Below are positions 63,823 through 64,000 of a stretch of 64,000 nt of DNA, in pieces. A program made the translations under genes and the position numbers. Source of the stretch: a virus. Within the stretch, counting starts at the first letter, position 1; every line of letters begins with the position of its first letter. The notes beneath the pieces were generated by a model. The model was not told the DNA's origin, ran no database searches, and saw only the letters and a program-made list of their open reading frames with translations. The stretch is from IMG/VR virus record IMGVR_UViG_3300018080_000015, positions 1-64,000 of that record, one strand, 5' to 3'.

Positions 63823-64000
63823 TTCGGTAGTCTCCTTCGGCTAACGCGATCACCTTGCGACCGCCGATGCCGTTACTCTTCTCTGTTTTCTCTTCGCTCA
63901 CGTTGTTTCTCCATTTTCAGGGCTCGTTGGTGTAGATACTCCTCGACCCGGGACAGGGAAGGCTCATCGAAGCGGAGCTGCTCGTTGCTCAGTACGATAT

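Noticed and set aside
1-64000. Abundant CTCGAG, GAGCTC and TCGA sites as proof of modified DNA
   Set aside because: They can be explained by CTC/GAG/GTC/GAC codon preference; a codon-controlled statistic is needed and I cannot run it.

Overview
This 64-kb window is part of a high-GC tailed bacteriophage genome: a myovirus with a T4-like head and a contractile tail. The host is bacterial, because the phage encodes peptidoglycan-binding lysins and a family A polymerase. There are two convergent arms. The + arm (527-16033) carries replication and recombination genes: a single-ORF Mre11-Rad50 (SbcD-SbcC) fusion, a family A DNA polymerase with an N-terminal UDG-like domain, a gp32-like SSB, a RecA/UvsX-like protein, a 5'-3' exonuclease, a GroES-like co-chaperonin, RuvC, a lytic transglycosylase, DUF932 and an HTH protein. 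The - arm (63822-16182) carries lysis, packaging and virion genes: endolysin, methyltransferase, terminase, portal, head-associated proteins, prohead protease/scaffold, major capsid protein, neck proteins, a GT4 glycosyltransferase cassette, sheath, tube, a frameshifted chaperone, tape measure, baseplate and fibres. The most striking unexplained structure is a 66-bp, 64/66-identical inverted repeat (16090-16155 and 42631-42696). It brackets the 26.5-kb block of tail and glycosyltransferase genes and contains the RBS and start codon of the block's first gene, so an inversion would keep that gene intact while changing what lies upstream of it. Other signals are a recurring upstream motif (TGCGTTCYCG), a five-hairpin array in the divergent intergenic region, and small Cys motifs shared between unrelated proteins. 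I saw no tRNA, rRNA, CRISPR array, integrase or reverse transcriptase. All product calls come from motif recognition and synteny, not from database searches.
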